This document shows positions 24,793-38,445 of a DNA stretch of 64,000 nucleotides, one piece after another; the first letter of the stretch is position 1, and each line of letters begins with the position of its first letter. Source of the stretch: Lama guanicoe (Eukaryota); assembly GCA_013239625.1 (NCBI GenBank), contig MU054187.1, positions 23,746,795-23,810,794 of the forward strand, written 5' to 3'. The translations under genes were made by a program, and so were the position numbers. The notes under the pieces were generated by a model. The model had not been told where the DNA came from. It did not search any database and was given only the letters and a program-made list of their open reading frames with translations.

Positions 24793-24923
24793 TACACTGT
24801 ATAAAAGATTTCACTTTTTAAAGTTAAAAAAAAGAAGTGAAATTACTAGACTGTAATAAAATAATCAAGTGATTCAGATTGTTAAATTACGGAGTTAAAG
24901 GCCAAATACACAAATGTAAGGTA

Positions 24924-25380
24924 TGTAGGCAGCTTCTAAATGACTCCCCAACTTCCTGATAGCAATTCCTGTAAACGTGGGTCAGACTTAGCAACTAGAT
25001 TCTGATGAAGAGAATAGGGCAAAAGTAATGGAGCGTCACTTCGGAGATTAGCTTCTGTCTTGCTTCGCTCTTGTTCCCTCATTTGCTCACGGCTGCATTC
25101 TGAACTGGCCACCTGGCAAGAGATGTTGGGTCAGCAACCAGGGAAGATTGGGCCCCCCCCCAGGCTGAAAGCTCACATAGAAATGACAACCTGTCAACAG
25201 CTTAGGGTTGAATTATCCCCACACTTGAGCCTTGAGATGATTGCATACTTGTGAGGAATCCATTTGCTGGAGGACCCATCCTTGAGTTCCATATACCTGA
25301 CCCAAAGACACTGTTAAAAACAAAAAGAGAAATTTGTTGTTTTAAGAGACTAAGTTTTGGGGGGTAATTTCTAATATAAT
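24924..25380 (+). mobile_element. MaLR LTR (MLT1E/F-like)
   Basis: 'tgtaggcagcttctaaatgactcccca...tgttgttttaagagactaagttttgggggtaattt'. Confidence 0.8.
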
Positions 25381-28300
25381 CTGAGGGGAAGAACTTCTGC
25401 TTTACAATATCATGTTTCTCTGCCTTTTGTATTAGTGTGGTTTGTATTCAAGGCTGTTACTTGGTGAATAAAGCATTTAAAGCATTCGGTGGGGGCGGGT
25501 ATCACAAATGATCACATGCAACACACATGCTGTTGACATCATCCCTCACATGCCAACTGTGTGTGAGCTAACTGACTTCACATAAACACATTTTAGGTTG
25601 ACTCCACTTTTCCAGAAGTAGCCACGTTCTTCTTAAGAATAACCATGAAGCTCGTTAGAGGACTTCTCAAATCTTTAATTGACTCCTTAACATTCCTTTA
25701 AGGGTCACATAGTAGGGCACATAGTAGGGGTGATAGGATACGGACAATTTTCTTTTGCCCTCATTTCCTGTTCCTTCTTTTTTCACCTTCCTGGAAAGGA
25801 ATTCTTTGGTAGAATATTAGGGAAAAGATTTTAGCAGAGTAATGCAACAAAGAAGAATGACTGTGAACAGCTGCCTTGCTCCAGTAAGAGGACTTTGACA
25901 TTCTGAGCGTCTTCTCATCTTGCTCTGCCAAAACTGTTTGTTTCTTTCCAGAAATGAGAAAAGATCATGCTTAGGATTGAGCAAAGGTGGGAGAAATAAG
26001 GAGTGAAGGAAAAGACTTGGGTGAATGTGGCAGTTGTGAAATAGGAATTGAGATAATAAAAGAGATTCCTAGTTTCTATGGACAAAAAAGGGATTTACTA
26101 GAAAGAGCAGGAAATATTTTGCATCGCATTTTGGATGCACATATGCTCATAATTAGTGGTTAAATAGCATTGTTTTATTTCTCATAATGACCTACGAATC
26201 TGCAAGGCTTTCCAGGCACTGTGAACCCACTGAAGAGTGAAATCAGTATAATTATTTCCATTATTTATCACTCACTTCTTTTATATGTCAAATTATAATG
26301 CATTGATGTGGCTTAGTTAAATGAGATAATGCATGTAGAATATTCCAAGAGTGACTAAATAGTAAGAGTAGTCATCAAGTGTGAATGATTAATTGTTGCT
26401 TAATTTTAGGGTGTTATGTTCATGTTCAAAGATAAGGCTACAGCAATTCAATAAGCTTCAATAAATCGGAATCCAACTGAATAAACTGCATTTTCTTTTA
26501 ATCTACAATTCACCATTACTGAAACGAGCTAATAATAGGAAAATATTTTCTACTTTCTGCTAGAGAAATCTGCAGCTGAGGGAATCCCTGCCCAAGATAT
26601 AATTCTTTAGGAATTCAGAAATACGTAGTAATAGCTCCAACAGGAGGGAAGCCCCCTGGAGTCAGGCATTCTTTCTTTACATCAGTAACATTTAAAAGCT
26701 GAGCGTTATGCTAGAAACTAAGAAGGGAAGACAAAATCAACGAAGATAGCTCCTAACACCACGTAGCTAAGTCTGAAAAAGACAGACGGACCTTAACAAA
26801 TGAATCCAGATCAATAATGAAGTGAGTATAAATATGAAAATACTTCAAAAGTAAAAGGTGCGGATGACTGAAGTCACTCAACAGATGGCTACAAGTCACT
26901 GTATCTCAGAAACATACCCATGACTAAGTCAGCAGTTATCATCCCAAAACATTGAATAGGCATTTCCTGTCCTGTGATAGAATCTCTGATAACAAGGAAG
27001 AATTTTCATCCTTTTTTTCTTTGTTTCTTTCCTGAAGGGATCAAATGGAGGTGTCCACAGGTTCAAATTAGCAGGCTTACTTCTTGGGAGCAAACAGAGC
27101 AGAGCTAACTATGTTTTTCTACTACTCTGGGAAGTCTCAGTTTTGTTCCAGGCTTTTGCTTAACAGCTTCTGGTTTCCTTTGGCCTCCTCCTTATCTTGC
27201 TGTAGCACCCTTCGACAACCAAACACCTCACAGCTCATCGCTTTTCTGAATCTGTAAGTGAGTTTCCCAAGGTTCATCACCTGCCACCAGCCCAGTGCCA
27301 CTCAGCCAGCCAGGTCTCGGTGTGATGGATGAGACCGTGGCTAAGGGCTCAGTTTCAAATAGAACAATTTGTCTCTAGCAGAAGTAAAGTATTTTTAGAA
27401 CAGATTCTTGGTGTCAATATGCATTCAGTTTAATTATCTTATCTTCTACAATTTTAGTATTATTTCACAGTATGATCAATGATATCCAGAGGGGGAAAAA
27501 ATCCAAAGCACTAAGAAATGAAGAAATATATTATTTTCAGTTCATTTAAAGGATTGCCTAAAGCCAGAAACTAGACTATATTTAAGAATATTTTTAATAA
27601 GAGATTAAAATTGAAGTGTTTTTCTGGCTTATCTATTATACTTTCTGTCCCCTTTGCTGTTCAGCTAATCAGAATTAATGTAGTAATATGAAATTAATGT
27701 AGGGATTTTGTTTCAAGTCATGAATCGGTTCCAATAGATTGTAATGTAATAACTTAATCATTTTTATTAGACTAATTTTAAAAAAAGGTTCAAAAATTCA
27801 CGAAATACCTTGCAGCACAAGGAGAGTCAGCATTAATTTAGATGTGCACTAGGAAGCTTATGTTAAGGACAGATAATATATATTAATAAATTTTTAAAAA
27901 TGACTAAAGATATGCACTCTAAAAGGGGTAATTTTTACATTATTGACTACAAAAAATATTCAAATTATGAGGATCATTTTTCTTTTAGTTAAACACAACT
28001 AAAATCCAAAAACATAATGTTTGTCTTTTTAAATGAAAACCTTAAATGAAAACTAGAAAACTTAATTTAAAAATAAATCATTTATTTTTTTTTCTGAAAA
28101 TCAAACCTAAACAATGGCCACACATAATAGTTCTTATTTAGAAGAATTAATATCTTTAGGCTTATAAACTAAATTAAAGGCAAAGTATTTTCCACCATTT
28201 TAACAGAAATATATTGTAAGATCAATAATGAGTTTAACAAACACTAAACAATAAACATTAAAATGCATCTGTCACCTTCAAACATTGGGATAGATTTAAT

Positions 28301-28396
28301 ATGTCCACTGGGTTCATGAAACCTGTTCTTGTTTTAGACCATAAATTCTGCCTTCAAAGAAGCAAAATAAAATCTTGGGTTTAGAAAGTGACTTAA

Positions 28397-30347
28397 GCTA
28401 ACAACAAAATATCAGAAAAGGAAATTAAGGAAACAATCCCATTTACCATTGTATCAAAAATAATAAAATGCCTAGTAATAAACCCATCTAAAGAGGCAAA
28501 AGACCTGTACTCTGAAAACTATAAGACACTGATGAAAGAAACTGAAGATGACACAAACAGATTGAAAGACATATCATGTTCTTGGATTGGAAGAAACAGT
28601 ACCCTTAAAATGTCCATACTACACAAAGTAATATAGCAAGTCAATGTAATCCCTATCAAATTACCAATAGCATTTTTCACAGAACTGGAACAAAACAGTT
28701 TTAAATTTGTATGGAAACACAAAAGACCCCAAACAGCCAAAACAATCTTGAGAGAGAAGAGCAGAGCTGGAGGAATCATGCTCCCTGACTTCAGACTATA
28801 CTACCAAGCTACAGTGAACAAAACAGTATGGTACTGGTACGCGCGTGCGCGCACGCGCACACACACACATCAGGGGAATGAAATAAATAACCCAGAAATA
28901 AACTCATACACTTATAGTCAATTAATCTACAATGAAGGAGGTAAGAATATACAATGGAGAAAAGACTGTCTCTTCAATAAGTTGTACTGGGAAAACTGGA
29001 CAGCTACATGTATAAGAATGAAATGAGAACATTCTCTAACACCATATACAAAAAAAAAGTCAAAATGGATTAAAGTCCTAAATTTAAGACTGGATACTCA
29101 AACTCCTAGAGGAAAACATATGCAGAACACTCTTTGACATAAATTGCAACAGTATATTTTTGGATCCATCTTCTAGAGTAATGACATAAAAGCAAAAATA
29201 AACCAATGAGACTTAATAAAACTTAAAATCTTTTTCACAGCAAAGAAAACCATAAACAAAATGAAAGGACAACTTTGGACTGAGAGAAAATATTTGCAAA
29301 TGATGCTAACAACAAAGGACTAATTTCCAAAATATACAAATAGCTCATAGAGCTTAAAAAAATCCAATCAAAAAATGGGCAGAAGACTTAAATAGACATT
29401 TCTCCAAGAAGACATACAGACCAGACTGCCAACAGGCACATGAAAAGATGCTCAGTATTGCTCATTATAAAAGAAATGCAAGTCAAGACTGCAATGAATC
29501 ACCACACCAGTCAAAATGGCCATCATTGAAAAGTCTACAAATAATAAATGCTGGAGAGAGTGTGGAGAAAAAGGAACCCTCCTACTCTATTGGTGGGAAT
29601 GTAAATTGGTGCAGCCACTATGGTAAACAGTATGGAGGTTCCTTAAAAAACTAAAAGTAAAGTTAAAATATGATCCAGCAATCCCACTGCTGGGCATGCA
29701 TCTGGAGAAAACTAACTGGAAAAGATATATTCACCCCAATGTTCATAACAGCACTATTTACAAGAGCCAACACATGTAAGCAACCTAAATGTCCATCAAC
29801 AGATGAATGATAAAGATGTGGCATGTATGTATATATGTGTGTGTGTGTGTGTGTGTATACACACACAAAGTGGAATATTACTCAGCCATAAAAAGAATGA
29901 AATAATGCCATTTGCAGCAACATGGATGGAACTAGAGTTTATCAAACTAAGTGAAGTAAGAGAAAGATAAATGTCATATGCTATCACTTATGTGTGAAAT
30001 GTAAAAAATGACAGATACAAATGAACGTTTACAAAACAGAAATAGACTCACAGACATAAGGAAAAACTACAGTTACCAAAGGGGAAAGGGGTGCAAGGGT
30101 GGGACAAATTAGAATTTTGGGATAAACATATACACACTACTATATATAAAATAGATAGACAGTGAGAACCTAGTGTATAGTAATCTTTCAATATCTTGTA
30201 AGAACCTACAATGGGAAAGAATTTGAAAAAGAATACATATATATGTATATGTATAACCAAATCACTTTGCTGTACACTTGAAACTAACACCACGTTGTAA
30301 ATCAACTATACTTCAATAAATAAAGTAAAAAATAAAATAAAATAAAA
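28397..30347 (+). mobile_element. 5'-truncated L1 (~1.95 kb): decayed ORF2 C-terminal part, 3'UTR and poly(A)
   Basis: ORF2 peptides ([66 protein letters not shown]); A-rich tail; TSD aaagtgacttaa (28385-28396) / aaattgacttag (30346-30357). Confidence 0.95.
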
Positions 30348-31629
30348 ATTGACTTAGGGGATTAATTAAAATTGTGTATTTTAATGCATATCAATTTATC
30401 TGATCTAAATGTTAACATCAATTATCAACAGAGCTCTCAACTTGCCGGGCAAGGTTATGAGAAAATGGCGTAAATGTTATAGTAATTTCTTATTATAAAG
30501 ATTGTTATTTTCAGCCCTTAAAAATACAAGTTAAAATCCTGTAGTAGCAAAATAAACTTAAAGAAAAAAATTCAGACAGGCTTGACTGTCAAAACCCACC
30601 ATCGTGCTTGTGAACTATACTTGTAAAATTTGGCCACAACCACAAAATAGACACTTTCATTGACAGCTTCACTCTCAATAACATGTTTCATTCCTCAGTG
30701 AATTATTACTCCTTTTATTCTTTCCAATCCTCCACAGTTGTCCACCTAATGATTTTATACTTCTCAATTACATCTCTTAAAGCTTTAAATAAATAGCATG
30801 TATTATTCCCCGTGAAGATTACTCCAAGGGCCTTCTGATTCATAGTTGTGTTAGTATCTAATCCTGGCTGTGTTTGTTCCATATTCTTCATATTTTTAGT
30901 ATCAGAGAGAGTATCCCTTGTCATTTTTAAGCCAAGAATGTCATTTTAAAAGGAAAAAAGATTAAGGGAAAAGAACCTATGACACGTTCACCGCCATAGT
31001 CAAACTTGCACAGACAGACATGAAAGTTAAAGAAGAAACGGGACTTTCATAGCCAAACTGCCTGCTTCCTATTAAGTTTCTGCCTCTTCATCTCCCCTTT
31101 GTTTATGCCTCTGAAGTTTCCTCTTGGAAGCTATTGATGTGATGGTAAAAGTAAAAACTCGCTTTAAGCACTCATCATACAAATTAAATTTTAAGTAAAA
31201 GCGATTGGTATTGCTGCTGAGTAAGTTCTTCCTGTGGATTGCTCAGACACTCTGTAAAATTGCCTGCTGACCTGCTCCGTGGGCCAGAGATGCCAGCTGC
31301 CTGATAGCCAGTGGTATCTATCAGAGGTGACATTTATAGTGGAGAGCTCTGTGCAGCTGTGCCAAAAGTATGCAGCAACTGTAAACAGGCTATTTGAGAT
31401 GAGATGATATATTAAATTATATGCTGCCCTCTCAGTTGAAAAATGAGCATCCTGCAGAAATAAAATAGTCCTGAAAACCGAACAGGAAAAAAAAAAAACA
31501 AAGAAAATTTGAAAGTAGCAAAGTACTTTTATTTTGACAACTGATTATGTAAAAATGCATACAGGTGGCATACACACACTTACGAAATGTAAAGTGCATC
31601 CGTCTTTTTAATTCTTTAGGTTTGATGCT

Positions 31630-31730
31630 GTGATAGACAGAATCATCTCCATTTTATAGGTGAGGAATTTGAAGATCAGATAGGTCAAGTGATTTATCTG
31701 AGTTAAAACAGCTATCAGGAAGGATGCACT
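31630..31730 (-). mobile_element. MIR fragment
   Basis: 'catctccattttataggtgaggaatttgaagatcagataggtcaagtgatttatctgag'. Confidence 0.75.
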
Positions 31731-33499
31731 GCGCATAACATACAAATATTCTGTCTGAAATATTTCTTTCCTTTTTATCATATTTTGCATGATAAAGAGA
31801 ATTGTTTAGTTCTGAAGAATGTTGTTTATGAATTATTCCCTGGGAGAGGAAGTGACTAAACATATGTTGTGATTTTGAGGGTGTCAGGAAAGTTTCTAAT
31901 TTCCCAAAGTAGCTATCCTCTCTATAGATAGGAATAGACACTGAAGAACATAGACCTTGGAATTGATTGTGAAACTTTGAAACGGAGCCCGACCTGATGG
32001 TTAATGTAGTTCTATCCTATCTTTTTGCCCATTAGGGGTCTAGGGCCAAGAAAGAAGTTATCTTGGATCAGGTAACTTATAAGTTTAGTTTCAGCCTTAG
32101 GGATAGAAGTATAGCTTTTTAAATTTCAAGTGCTTGTCTTTGTTGTATACCATTTTGCCTTCTTTATCAATAATTTATAAAAACCTGATATCAAGTGCTA
32201 ATGTTTTGATACCCTGGTGAATTCATTAATGCCGAGATCTTTTTAGTCCTGACCTGGGAGTCCAGAAACAGTCATTGTAAGAGACATAAAGAAGTAAAGT
32301 TTGTTGCTATATTAATGAGTAAAAGCAGGTTGGCTAGAAGAACTCTTTAAATTTTATTCAGTCTCGGGAATATTTTACAGGAAAAAAGTTATCACCTATA
32401 GTTTAGAGCTGTGCTTGTCCCTGTATTTAAGCTTTTAGAAATGGAAGATGAAAAACACCAGACATTTGGGCATCATTGTATATAATCCATTTCCTTTGAA
32501 TCTTTATCCAAAATATTTTTAGGTTTGAGCTTTGTTTATTCTTATCCTCCAAAGAGGATTCAGATTAAATTACCTGATATTTAAAATCCTCTCAGCTAGG
32601 TTTCTGACCGTTATAGATGTCACAATGGAAAATATAATCATCCGGAATCAGCTCTTTGGAAATCAAATGTATGGCTTAGAAGAGGTGTCTGAGTTGCTGA
32701 ACCTCGCTCCCAGCTTTCTTTCTACCCAAAGGGCACCTGCTCGAGCTTATATCTGAGGCCCACATATTCATGTGAGAGCTCTAAGATTTGGGGGGGGGAA
32801 ATATCATTCCCTGTGTTTCTGGGCATGAGCTAAGGAAAGTGCAGAGGGAAAGGATGCACACGTCTGCTCATTGAGTGTAGTTTCTTGCTACAACATCACC
32901 CAGAGATTTCTGGTGCTCCTATGGGGACATTAATCTCAAAGGGGATTGCTTCTGATTCATGTAGCCAAAAAGAACTACCCATGGTTCATTACCAGGCAGA
33001 TCTCTCCTCCTCACACCTCAATAATAAGATAGTAGTTTACTAGCTCATTTGCTAGTGAATTATTTTTAATGACTTAAAAATGATTAAAATCTTCCAGGTC
33101 ATCCAGACTGTTACAATTTGATTCTGTTAAGAAATCCCGACTTTTAATGATGCTATAGCAATACAGAATCATAGATTACTAATGATGAATTATAGTATAC
33201 TTCAGGAGACTCAGTAAACGGAAGGGAAAAAAATCAAGATGAATAATTAGAATTATTGGCTCCCAGCATGGTAAAACCAATGAAAGAATCAAAAGATAAT
33301 TTAAGTAATGAGAATCTCAAAGAATCAAGGGAAAGAACTTCTCTGACTTGAAAAGTATGATTCAAATTTGAAAATTTAGAAGAACTCTATTCCAGCAATT
33401 TAGCAGGATAGGTATGAAGGGCTTGAAAATATACCACCACCTAGAATTGCTGAAGACAATGTTAAATGTACAACTAGACTTGAAAAAAATAAAGCAAAC

Positions 33500-33961
33500 A
33501 AATTAAAATTATAATGGAGTAATCACAGTCCAGCTACACAAAAATGGAGTCTGTTGACCATTGAGGATCTGGTCTCAGACATGTCTTAGCACCACTGAGA
33601 ATCTGAACTTTCTTTGAACTGTCCCAAACCCCAAGGGTACCAACAGCCATATTCAGAACAACACCTGTCAGCTGCAACCTTATGGCCTCAAGTTCTCCTC
33701 TTGTAACTGTGCAACCATTTCAGACCCCAGCCAGTCCTTATTTAACAAGGACCCCTTTTTGCCAGCATCAATTATAATTCTTGATAAACAACTCATGTAA
33801 CTAACTGTAACTTTGCATTTTTTGTGTCTTCAGAAGCCTCCTCTATTTTGCAGTCAGGGGGAATGCAATTCAAGTGCATCCTGATTCTGCAGTCATAACA
33901 GACTGCAAATAAACACCTTTTTATTTCAATCAGGTCTCTGTTTCTGAAATTTTGGTTAACA
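33500..33961 (+). mobile_element. ERV1-type LTR (MER34/39-like; 5' boundary uncertain)
   Basis: 'aaaatggagtctgtt' near the start, AATAAA near 33908, terminal 'ttttggttaaca'. Confidence 0.6.
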
Positions 33962-35402
33962 ATTCTAAGGCTGTGAATTCGCATGGTCTATGATGTAGCA
34001 AATTCTATTTTAGGCATATATTAATTCAGGCAAGAATTGCTAATTGGTGTTAAAGAGTTTGTGACTTTTAAAAATCATTTGATATCGATATAGCTGCCAA
34101 ATCCGTGCTTCATTCTCTAGCTTGTATAGTAGCTGACTAATTGGCTAACATGGGCTCTGAACTTTCTTTTTCGGTATTGTCTTTTAAACACTACAAAATA
34201 CATTCATGTAAAATGCTTTTGAAAACACAATTCACTTCCATTCCAAATCTGAAAAAGAAATCTCTGAAAACCTTCCCATACAAAAAGAGAATGATTTGAA
34301 GCCAATAAAATATAATAATGCACAAAATAATTTTAATTTCCATATTATTCTGGCAATTTTAGCTGATAAAATTTAATATTTTTAGTATCATAATATTTAT
34401 TTAAATTGTGTTGTACAGATACCAGTGGTGTTTGAATATTTCCAGTGTGTAAGATCAACTATATACGAACCCAATAAAAGGATTTCTTCATTTTTAACAC
34501 CAAAATTCAAAATTAGAAGATCAGCTTTATAAAACTCATGCCTTAACTGGCTCCCTGGCCAGAGTCCCATCTTAAAATGGTTGGAAACCAAGATGGAAAA
34601 TTCAGAAAATCTTGGATGGCAGGTCTTTGAGCCTGTTTGTGAATACTGGCTTTGGCCTGAGGGAGGAGAAAACAGCATGGATACATGAGGATAATGTAGG
34701 AAAAAAAATTTGAACTTCTTGTTCCTTTCCTCCATTCATTGCCTCGAGACAACAACATCTACTCAAAGTTCTTGCTCAAATGTCCTCAGGAACAAAATTA
34801 GGACAATGCAGAAACTGTGCTTGACAAAACTTGAGGAAAACAGATTGGGACCTTCTTACAAGGATGGTTTCTTACCTTCTCTTGCCCTCCAAGTACTCAG
34901 GACTGGGGAATTAACATGGAGGATTGTTTTCTTGTAATTCTGAGGTTAAGGGGTATTATAATGGGAATATTAGAAAGCATGAAGCCCTGACCTGTGGACT
35001 TGTTTGGTAAGGTTAAAAAAGCAACTGAATGTGGCTGTCTGAGCCAAGGACACTTGAAAATACCACCCATCCATTGCCCATCCCCTGAACTATTTGGACC
35101 AACTTTCACTATTCCACAGTCCTATCAGGGGAGCTGATACACTCAGGGAAAAAACAAGCTCAAAGACTCAATAAACAAGATATTTGAAGAGCACAATTCT
35201 ATTAAAATAACACACACTAAGTATTTATAGATTCTATCAGAGGTATAAATATTAAAGCATAAATTTTAAACTTAAGAATTTTAAATTAGCTTTAAAGACA
35301 TAGTCAAAGAGACAATGGAAGAAATTACCAACATAAAATATGGGTAAGAAACCACAACTGAAATGGAAATACTAGATATAAAAAGTACAGTAGTTGAAAT
35401 AC

Positions 35403-35833
35403 TGTTGTTTTGAAACCTTGGGAGTCTCCCGGGTAAAATCTGAAGCTAGCCCTAGTATATGAATAGAAGACAAGGAGAGACTCAAGAAAGAGACAGGACA
35501 TTGTAGATTGTAGGTGGCAAGTTTAATAAGCAAGGGAACTTACTTATGAGGCTTGCCTTTGGTGACTAGAAGACAGTAGAGCTCATCACTTGCCCACCAG
35601 TCTTAAAAGTTTATACAGAGGCCTTAGCTGGTTTTAGTTAGGTATACTGTCTAAACATTCTCAGCAACATGTTGCTCTCTCAAGCCTGCATCCTTTAAAA
35701 CAACTCTAGCTGTGGGAACAGTGGGTGAAACATAAATTCCAAGGACAGGGGAGGGGATGAGAAACCTCTGATTGCCCAGGTCTCACTCATAGGTCCACTG
35801 GTAGTCATATCCTCTCGATGACCTCCTCCAACA
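35403..35833 (-). mobile_element. Solo LTR (431 bp) with perfect 5-bp TSD AATAC
   Basis: TGTTG...CAACA termini; AATAC at 35398-35402 and 35834-35838; minus-strand ATTAAA near 35522. Confidence 0.9.
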
Positions 35834-36827
35834 AATACACCACTTATGCCAACAAGAAATCAAAAATATATATATTAGTAGACCTTTAACTATTTAAAAA
35901 TTTAATTTGTAATTAAAATTTTTTCATAAGAAAATATCCAGGCCCAGCTGACTTTACTAGTAACTCTATCAAATATTTAAGAAATTATGCTAATCTTAAA
36001 CTTTCAGGAAACAGAAAAAAAACAGGGGAAAAAGAAAAAGAATTCCTGATTAATTTTATGAGTCCAGAATAGCTGTGATACTAGAAGATGACTTTGACAT
36101 TATACTTAATGGTGAAATATTGAATACTTTCCCCCTAAGATTGCAAACAAGGCAAAAAATGTCTCCATAAGTCACTTTTATTCTATATTTTTGGAGGTGC
36201 TAGCTAGTGTAAGAAGACCAGACAGCACAATAGACAAAGAGTTTGGGGAAAAAAGTAAAACTGTTTATTTATAAATGATACGATTGTGTAAACAGAAACT
36301 CCCCTGGAATCTACCCTCCCAAATCACTAGAACCGGTAAGTGAATGTATCATGGTCTCAGTATATGAGATTGATATACAAAAATTGGCGTATTTCTCTAT
36401 ATTAGCAACAAACAATTAGAAAAGAAGTTTCAAATTCCCATTTACAATCATTCAAAATATAGAGGATTTAGGGAAAATGAGCAACATTTGTGCAAGACTT
36501 TCCCCTGAAAAATATAAAACATTATTTGAGATATTAAAGAAGATCTTAATAAATAGAGAAATATACCATGTTCATGGATTAGGTGACAACATTATTAAGA
36601 TGTCAGTTCTCTCAATTCTGATTGTTTCAATATATTCTAATTAAAGTCTGTGTTGGCTTATTTGTAGAAATTTACAAAGTGATTCTAAATGTTACCACAA
36701 TTTTGGCAATGTATCATAAAGTCGAACATATATCTACTCTATGATCCAGGAGACATGGAAACATCTCCACAAGTTACTTTAAAATAAATTCATTGTAGCT
36801 TTATCCCCAAATACCCAAAGTTTCAAA

Positions 36828-37678
36828 TGTTGGTTAAGTATTTATTGTCTCTAGGCTCCGAATTCACCATTTTAGACTAATCTGTGAAAAAGGACCTGGG
36901 CCCTTTAAATATGTTTGCTTGTTCCAGCTAGCACTGAAGTTTGCCCAGCAGAATTCACTGAAGACACATTGAAGGAGAGAAAATAGCTTTAATTCCTAAT
37001 TCCAGTGGATTTGCTCAGTTGGCTACTGCACTGTGTGCAGTTTCTCCAGTGCACAGCCCTGGGAGCAGTCATTAGCCAGAAGCACCCAGCTTCCCCCAGC
37101 ACCCACCTTGGGTGGCTTTGTAGGAGAGTGCCTCTGGTGATACACCTCCCTGGGAACAGCTCTCCCCAGCACCCTAGAGGTCAAATTTCCAGTAAGCTTT
37201 GAAGGGTGTATTTCTAGCAAGTTCAGGTGGTGTGGCACCACAATGACTCTCCTGTCATTTGGTAATCCACAGCCATGCCTTCCCCAACAAGGTCTGGATA
37301 TTAACACAAGGAGGACAATCTATTGCAGTCCCAAGTGTAGTGGCTGTTCCTTTTAACCACTGTTTTTATATTTTTTTCATTTTTTTTTACTTCTTACTAG
37401 CCAATCATTGCTAGGCTAGTTTCTCTTTAATCATTTTTAAAAATTAATTCTTTTTAGTTTTATTGAAATATAATTAACATACAATACTGTATAAGTTTAA
37501 AGTGCATAGCATAATAAATTGACTTTATATATTATATATGCATATATATGTAGTAAAATGATTATCACAATTAAGTTTAATTAACATCCATCAAATACAG
37601 TTAATCATTCTTAATATTAAATATTCTTTGTTCAATTTACTATTTGGTTTCTGTCTCCTTATTGGATCCAGACTACTT
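36828..37678 (+). mobile_element. ERVL LTR (LTR41-like), interrupted by an antisense L1 3' fragment at ~37455-37592
   Basis: Start 'tgttggttaagtatttattgtctctaggctccgaattcacc'; end 'attaaatattctttgttcaatttactatttggtttctgtctcc...gactac'. Confidence 0.65.
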
Positions 37679-38445
37679 CAGTCCATCATTAAGAGGACAG
37701 ATAAGCAAATTATAGTATATTGATACAATGGACTGCTATTCAATAATTAAAGAGACAAACTACTCAAAAACTGAAAGGGATACATACAACAGCAAATATA
37801 AATGCAAATAATTATGTTGAAAAGAATACGCCAGGTACTGTGCAAGGTTCCATTTATGTAATATTCTATACAGGCAAAACTTATGTATTACTATATAAAT
37901 AAAAATACTAACCATACTTGAATGTGCTGGATTGGCTGGACAGAGACATGAAAGAACTCTTTGAGGTTATAAAATTTTTTTATTTTTATTGTGATTATGG
38001 TTTACGTGGAAATATATTTTTTACCAAAATTCGCCAAACTGTACTCAAATATGTGAATTTTGCTCAATAAAAAAAAAAGTACTGGGAAGAAAATCTATAG
38101 ACAGTTTTTAACAATAATGTGACAATTTGCAATTGTGACTGGATAAAAAGCTAGTATCCAAAAGTCAGTTACAACTGAACATTACGGATTAAATAAATAA
38201 CTTATAGGAACAATTCAATTTACCATAGCATTTCAGAATAGTAAAAATGTTTAACAAAGACATACAGCATCTCTACAGTGAAATGTATAAACTTCATTAA
38301 CAGCTATTTTATAAAAATAAAATAAATGTAATAAACTGTTCATGCATAAGAATGCCATATTTTAGTGTTACCAATTTTCTCCAAATTGTTACTTGGCTCC
38401 AAGGAAAACCTAACCAAAATCTAAATGGTTTTATATGAAATTTTA

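Larger units (their letters stand above)
35210..38440 (+). mobile_element. Old L1M-type fragments hosting LTR insertions
   Basis: ORF2-like motifs 'ccaggcccagctgactttactagtaactctatcaaatattt', 'atacttaatggtgaaatattgaatactttcccc', 'ataccatgttcatggatt', and L1MC/ME-like 3' sequence at 37680-38080. Confidence 0.7.

Noticed and set aside
25706..25729. Exact 12-bp tandem duplication CACATAGTAGGG x2
   Set aside because: Ordinary slippage micro-duplication with no associated element
29848..29867. 20-bp palindrome TGTGTGTGTATACACACACA
   Set aside because: By-product of a TG/CA microsatellite expansion at a commonly unstable L1 position
28397..30347. Active L1
   Set aside because: 5'-truncated, lacks the promoter, ORF1 and endonuclease/RT core; has stops and frameshifts
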